From: a virus
DNA: 64,000 nt
Virus record (IMG/VR): IMGVR_UViG_3300032053_000049
Span: 1 to 64,000 of that record
Reading direction: 5' to 3' (one strand)
The notes below the pieces were generated by a model. The model was given only the letters and a program-made list of their open reading frames with translations, was not told where the DNA came from and searched no databases. Made by a program: the position numbers and the translations under genes. This document shows, piece after piece, positions 60,254 through 64,000 of this stretch. Numbering within the stretch: position 1 is the first letter of the stretch; the number at the start of each line of letters is the position of its first letter.

Positions 60254-60375
60254 ATTAATATAATTAAACTTCCAATACCATAAACAGAAAATGCTGCTGC
60301 ACATAGAGCAATCAATAATGCTGAAGAACCCAAAACTATTGGGAACCTAGATTTAGAAATAAATTTGTCTTTCAT
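60250..60375 (-). pseudogene. orphaned N-terminus of the membrane-protein gene (41 aa)
   Basis: MKDKFISKSRFPIVLGSSALLIALCAAAFSVYGIGSLIILI aligns with MIKINFGILLVISALLAASISAFFSIIGISTL of 58473..59309. Confidence 0.7.
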
Positions 60376-60422
60376 TATTTTATATATTTAATTAAATATA
60401 AAAAACTCTATAAAGATTTTAT

Positions 60423-60740
60423 TTATTTTTTAATGGGCCATACAATGGAATTTGCATCAGTATATTTTTGTGGAATATCTCTTAATGCTTGCCTATAATT
60501 TTTTAATTGTAGAGAACAAGATGAATTATTTTCTATACATTTTAAAACATCTATATCAGATTCATCTAAAAGTTTATCTCTTTGTTTTTTAATATCATCC
60601 CACGAAATATTAGATATAAGTTCTTTGTAAGAACATTTTGGATAAGCTAGTTTAACAAAATCAGGATTTAAATTCAAATCTAAAATAATTGTATTTACTA
60701 CATTTTTGTTTTTATCAATTATTTGATATATTTTTTCCAT
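60423..60740 (-). CDS. tail fibre assembly chaperone
   Basis: WDDIKKQRDKLLDESD...YRQALRDIPQ...WP; directly follows a fibre gene. Confidence 0.82.
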   Translation of the reverse strand: MEKIYQIIDKNKNVVNTIILDLNLNPDFVKLAYPKCSYKELISNISWDDIKKQRDKLLDESDIDVLKCIENNSSCSLQLKNYRQALRDIPQKYTDANSIVWPIKK

Positions 60741-60744
60741 AATA

Positions 60745-61896
60745 TTAAAAAACTAAAACTACTAACCCATTTATTCCAGCAGTCGTACCATAGCCACCGC
60801 ATCCCTCTTGATCAACACCACCCATAACTAATGTTGGATATACGCCGCCGCCGAAGCAATTCAGCCAGCCCGGCCCCCAACCAGTAGATCCACTACAACT
60901 AAAATCTGCATTAGCACTACCAGTACCATATATACCACCGGCTCTTACTAATACAGCAGGAGCTGTATTCCCCTTTCCTCCGTAACCTCCATTTCCTCCT
61001 TCTGCAGCTACACTTGGTGTTGAATTTCCTAATATTGTAACTGATGTTTCTCCTCCCGGATAACCATTCCCAGGATTAGCCGGCCCCCCGTTTTGATTAT
61101 AACCAGCAGCCCCACCAGCGCCCACAACAATCACTAATTGTTGATTAGGAACAACACTTATAACTCTTCGAGCAAAACCAGCACCGCCTCCTCCCTGACC
61201 AAAGGCGTAACCTGAGACGCGAAGGTCCCGACCGCCGCCGCCACCTCCACCTCCGTACACTACCATTTCAACTTTATATACATCAGGAGGAATTGCAAAT
61301 ATAGTACTATTATAAAAATAATATGGATAATATATGGCAGATGCACCCGCAGTTAGAGCAAAACTTGATGTTCTAGATACATCAGAATAACTTGAACTAA
61401 ATGATCTAGAAGCCCAACTTGAACTTATAGAAAATAATGCATTATTTGAATTTATGGATTGAGTTGCCCACGATGATGATAAATTATATGACGAAAATCT
61501 TGAATATGATGATGTTAATGAATATGAGGATGATACTGCTACAGACGATGTTTTAGCATAAGAAGCACTAATGGCATCAAATGCATAAGAAGCAGTAGAT
61601 GATTGAAATGAATAAGAGGCTGTTACTGCATTACTTGCTGTGGTGGCATATGTTTTCCAAGGAAATAAATAACTAGCCGTATCAGCTTGTATTGCGTGTG
61701 ATGATGAAAAACTTCTGGATGCAAAAGATGCACTCCAAGCAGATCCAGATTTATTAAAATAATCACCAAGAACGGTAATAGCAGTTCTATAAGTCGTTGC
61801 TGTCGATAATGAACCACTCTGTACAATTGGAAAATAATCTACACCTTTTATTTGAGTGAGAGCATTTAAACCGCTTATTCTAATATTGTCTGACAT
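60745..61896 (-). CDS. tail fibre with Ser-rich stalk and glycine-rich C-terminal domain
   Basis: N-terminal IRISGL anchor motif, SSS(Y/W)A repeats, VYGGGGGGGG...GQGGGGAG...VVGAGGAAG...NGLVVL. Confidence 0.8.
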   Translation of the reverse strand: MSDNIRISGLNALTQIKGVDYFPIVQSGSLSTATTYRTAITVLGDYFNKSGSAWSASFASRSFSSSHAIQADTASYLFPWKTYATTASNAVTASYSFQSSTASYAFDAISASYAKTSSVAVSSSYSLTSSYSRFSSYNLSSSWATQSINSNNALFSISSSWASRSFSSSYSDVSRTSSFALTAGASAIYYPYYFYNSTIFAIPPDVYKVEMVVYGGGGGGGGRDLRVSGYAFGQGGGGAGFARRVISVVPNQQLVIVVGAGGAAGYNQNGGPANPGNGYPGGETSVTILGNSTPSVAAEGGNGGYGGKGNTAPAVLVRAGGIYGTGSANADFSCSGSTGWGPGWLNCFGGGVYPTLVMGGVDQEGCGGYGTTAGINGLVVLVF

Positions 61897-61903
61897 AATA
61901 TAC

Positions 61904-61911
61904 TATAAATA
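61904..61911 (-). promoter_or_regulatory. TATTTATA motif 7 nt upstream of ATG
   Basis: Direct read of the sequence. Confidence 0.6.
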
Positions 61912-61940
61912 TAATAAAATGCAACTAAACCTTCTGTTTG

Positions 61941-63953
61941 TTAAAATACTACTGTCCAATTATTTAAAATTAATAATGAAATATTAGATAATAATGTTGG
62001 AGTCATTGTATATCCTTGCATAAATAATGATCCTGATAATATTCCATTTGATACCAAATCTCCGGTCATTATTTCCATTGTTGTACTATTAAATACATTA
62101 TATGTAACATTTAAATATGACATAGATAGAGGTAGTGGAGATGGAAATGTTGATAATCCCGATGCATATATATCCAAGTATGACATAGATTTAGGTAAAC
62201 TAGATGGAATACTACTTAACAGAGTAGAATTAAACGATGCTGTAAATAATGTATCGGGAAGAGATGTAATTGACCAAATAGGAAGAGATGCAGACCCAAT
62301 ACCAATATCATCAGCAAATATTGTTAACAAAGAAGAAGTTGCAATTGTTGGAAATGATACAATATTATTGGCTGAACAATTTAAATATGTTAAAGTTGGA
62401 TTAGCAAGTGTCCCCAACGATGTCAATAAATTGGTTGAACAATTTATATAAGATGTTGTTATAGGAATGTTTGGAAACACCGTTAATAAATTATTACTAC
62501 AATCTAATGTTTGTAAATTTGTATTACTTAAATCGTAAATACTTAAAATACTACAAGATTGACATAATAATGTTTCTAATGTATCAGGCATTTTATAAAA
62601 TAATCCAACTAATGTACTATTATTACTACAATCTAAATGTGTTAAACTTGTTGCCTTCCATGTATATCTTATACTAGAAACATTTTTATTTTGAACACTT
62701 ATCCACGTAATATTTTGAGATCCAGTATCTAATAAACCAGATAAATTATCTTCAAACGGTCCTCCTAAACTAGATGAAAATGAAATGGTAACATTTGAAG
62801 GAGCAATTATCAAATCGATTGGTTCATCAAAATATGTTGTTAAGTGATCACTATAACTAGAAAATTTAAATTTAACTGTTCTATAAGGATCAATTATAAG
62901 ATTAGGAGATGATGACGATAATTCTAATAAATAATTTCCATAACTTCCTGTTTGTGAAATTAAATTAAATGGAATATTTATAGAACTTGTAGATAATGAA
63001 TCCCATTGATTTATAATTGGCGTAACATTAAAAGATACAGGAACAGAATCAAGAAAAAATTTATTTCCTGAATACCTATCAGTATAATGTAATGAAATAG
63101 AATAATTATTACCTACAGACGATGTGGAATTTAAAATTGTATTACCTATCACTTCTATCATTGTTTGTTGTGCCGTATTTAACGAAGAATGTATATCTAA
63201 ATTATTTATTATTGCTGAATAAGATGTTTGAGCAATAGCATTTACCATTCCATAATTATTCATAACTCCTGCTATAGTTCCTGCTGATATAGCATAACTT
63301 GCAGTACCATTTGTAGGAGAAAATACTAAATAAGATGCAGTTTTAGAATTATTTACAGTATTTACAACATCTTTAGCTAAAATAGCATAAGATGCTGTAG
63401 CTACTGTTCCAACCGAACTATTAAAATAAGAAGCCGTATCTGCGGTTGTAGAATGATTTACATTTTGAGAAGTTAATGAATAAGATGCTGTACCATTATT
63501 AATTCCTATGGAATGAAGTAAAAATGATGATGTTTTAGAAGAAATGGCAGTCGTTGCCCAACTAGAAGTTATTGGATATGTAGATCCCGTTATTAATGTA
63601 GTTCCTCCTCCTATAGCATTTTCTGCCCAACTTGCTGTTTTAGCATAAGAAGATGAAATAGAGTCAGAATTAAGAGAATATGACGATGTTATAGCAATAG
63701 AAGAAGTAAAAGAATAACTAGAAGATGGAACGCTTCCGCCTACAATATTTATTGCCCAACTTGCTGTCCCTGCTTGATCAGCATATATTGATATTATGCT
63801 TCCACTTGCATTTAAATAAGCAGATAAATTATTAACTTTAATTTTTTTTGATTCATAAGCACTAGAATCAATGATTAGAAATAAATCATCGTTGGCAACT
63901 TCTGCCGATGTCAATTCTATTAATTGTGATACTCTTTTATTTCCTGAACTCAT
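61941..63953 (-). CDS. tail fibre-like protein with Ser-rich stalk and C-terminal leucine-rich repeats
   Basis: KRVSQLIEL...DDLFLIID...SKKI anchor; TASYA repeats; LTHLDCSNN, LQTLDCSNNLLT, LTYLNCSANNI, LPKSMSYLDI, LPLSMSYLNV. Confidence 0.78.
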   Translation of the reverse strand: MSSGNKRVSQLIELTSAEVANDDLFLIIDSSAYESKKIKVNNLSAYLNASGSIISIYADQAGTASWAINIVGGSVPSSSYSFTSSIAITSSYSLNSDSISSSYAKTASWAENAIGGGTTLITGSTYPITSSWATTAISSKTSSFLLHSIGINNGTASYSLTSQNVNHSTTADTASYFNSSVGTVATASYAILAKDVVNTVNNSKTASYLVFSPTNGTASYAISAGTIAGVMNNYGMVNAIAQTSYSAIINNLDIHSSLNTAQQTMIEVIGNTILNSTSSVGNNYSISLHYTDRYSGNKFFLDSVPVSFNVTPIINQWDSLSTSSINIPFNLISQTGSYGNYLLELSSSSPNLIIDPYRTVKFKFSSYSDHLTTYFDEPIDLIIAPSNVTISFSSSLGGPFEDNLSGLLDTGSQNITWISVQNKNVSSIRYTWKATSLTHLDCSNNSTLVGLFYKMPDTLETLLCQSCSILSIYDLSNTNLQTLDCSNNLLTVFPNIPITTSYINCSTNLLTSLGTLANPTLTYLNCSANNIVSFPTIATSSLLTIFADDIGIGSASLPIWSITSLPDTLFTASFNSTLLSSIPSSLPKSMSYLDIYASGLSTFPSPLPLSMSYLNVTYNVFNSTTMEIMTGDLVSNGILSGSLFMQGYTMTPTLLSNISLLILNNWTVVF

Positions 63954-64000
63954 AATTTATTTTTCATTAATATATTTCATGGATTAGAATATACGGTAAA

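Noticed and set aside
544-62677. Short plus-strand and nested ORFs in the track (e.g. 2521, 7292, 25358, 51321, 56976)
   Set aside because: Antisense or out-of-frame shadows of well-supported minus-strand genes, with no recognisable motifs.
1-64000. CRISPR arrays, tRNA or rRNA genes
   Set aside because: Intergenic gaps are short, with no regularly spaced repeats or cloverleaf-like sequences seen by eye; tRNAscan was not run.

Overview
AT-rich (roughly 28% GC by eye) segment of a large T4-like myovirus (jumbo-phage type), almost entirely coded on the minus strand. It holds the head morphogenesis and packaging genes: prohead protease with 1 intein, portal with 4 inteins, and terminase large subunit. 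It also holds a natural Mre11-Rad50 (gp47-gp46) fusion, a primase, a gp55-like late sigma factor, GMP reductase, and a long baseplate/tail-fibre module (gp6, gp25, gp5/gpV-like spike, gp7-like wedge, and fibres with FN3, LamG, dockerin-like, YadA-like, Gly-rich and leucine-rich-repeat domains). About ten free-standing homing-endonuclease genes (HEGs) or remnants are scattered through it. The most unusual signals are: (1) a HEG that appears to have split a membrane-protein gene and supplied a divergent replacement 5' end, leaving the old N-terminus as an orphan ORF; (2) GC-rich, apparently recoded gene termini next to HEGs; (3) an A9 slippery run joining two ORFs by a -1 shift; (4) an LRR-tipped tail fibre; (5) a recurrent TA(T/C)TTAT(A/T) motif just upstream of start codons. 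All product calls come from motif recognition by eye; no database searches were run.
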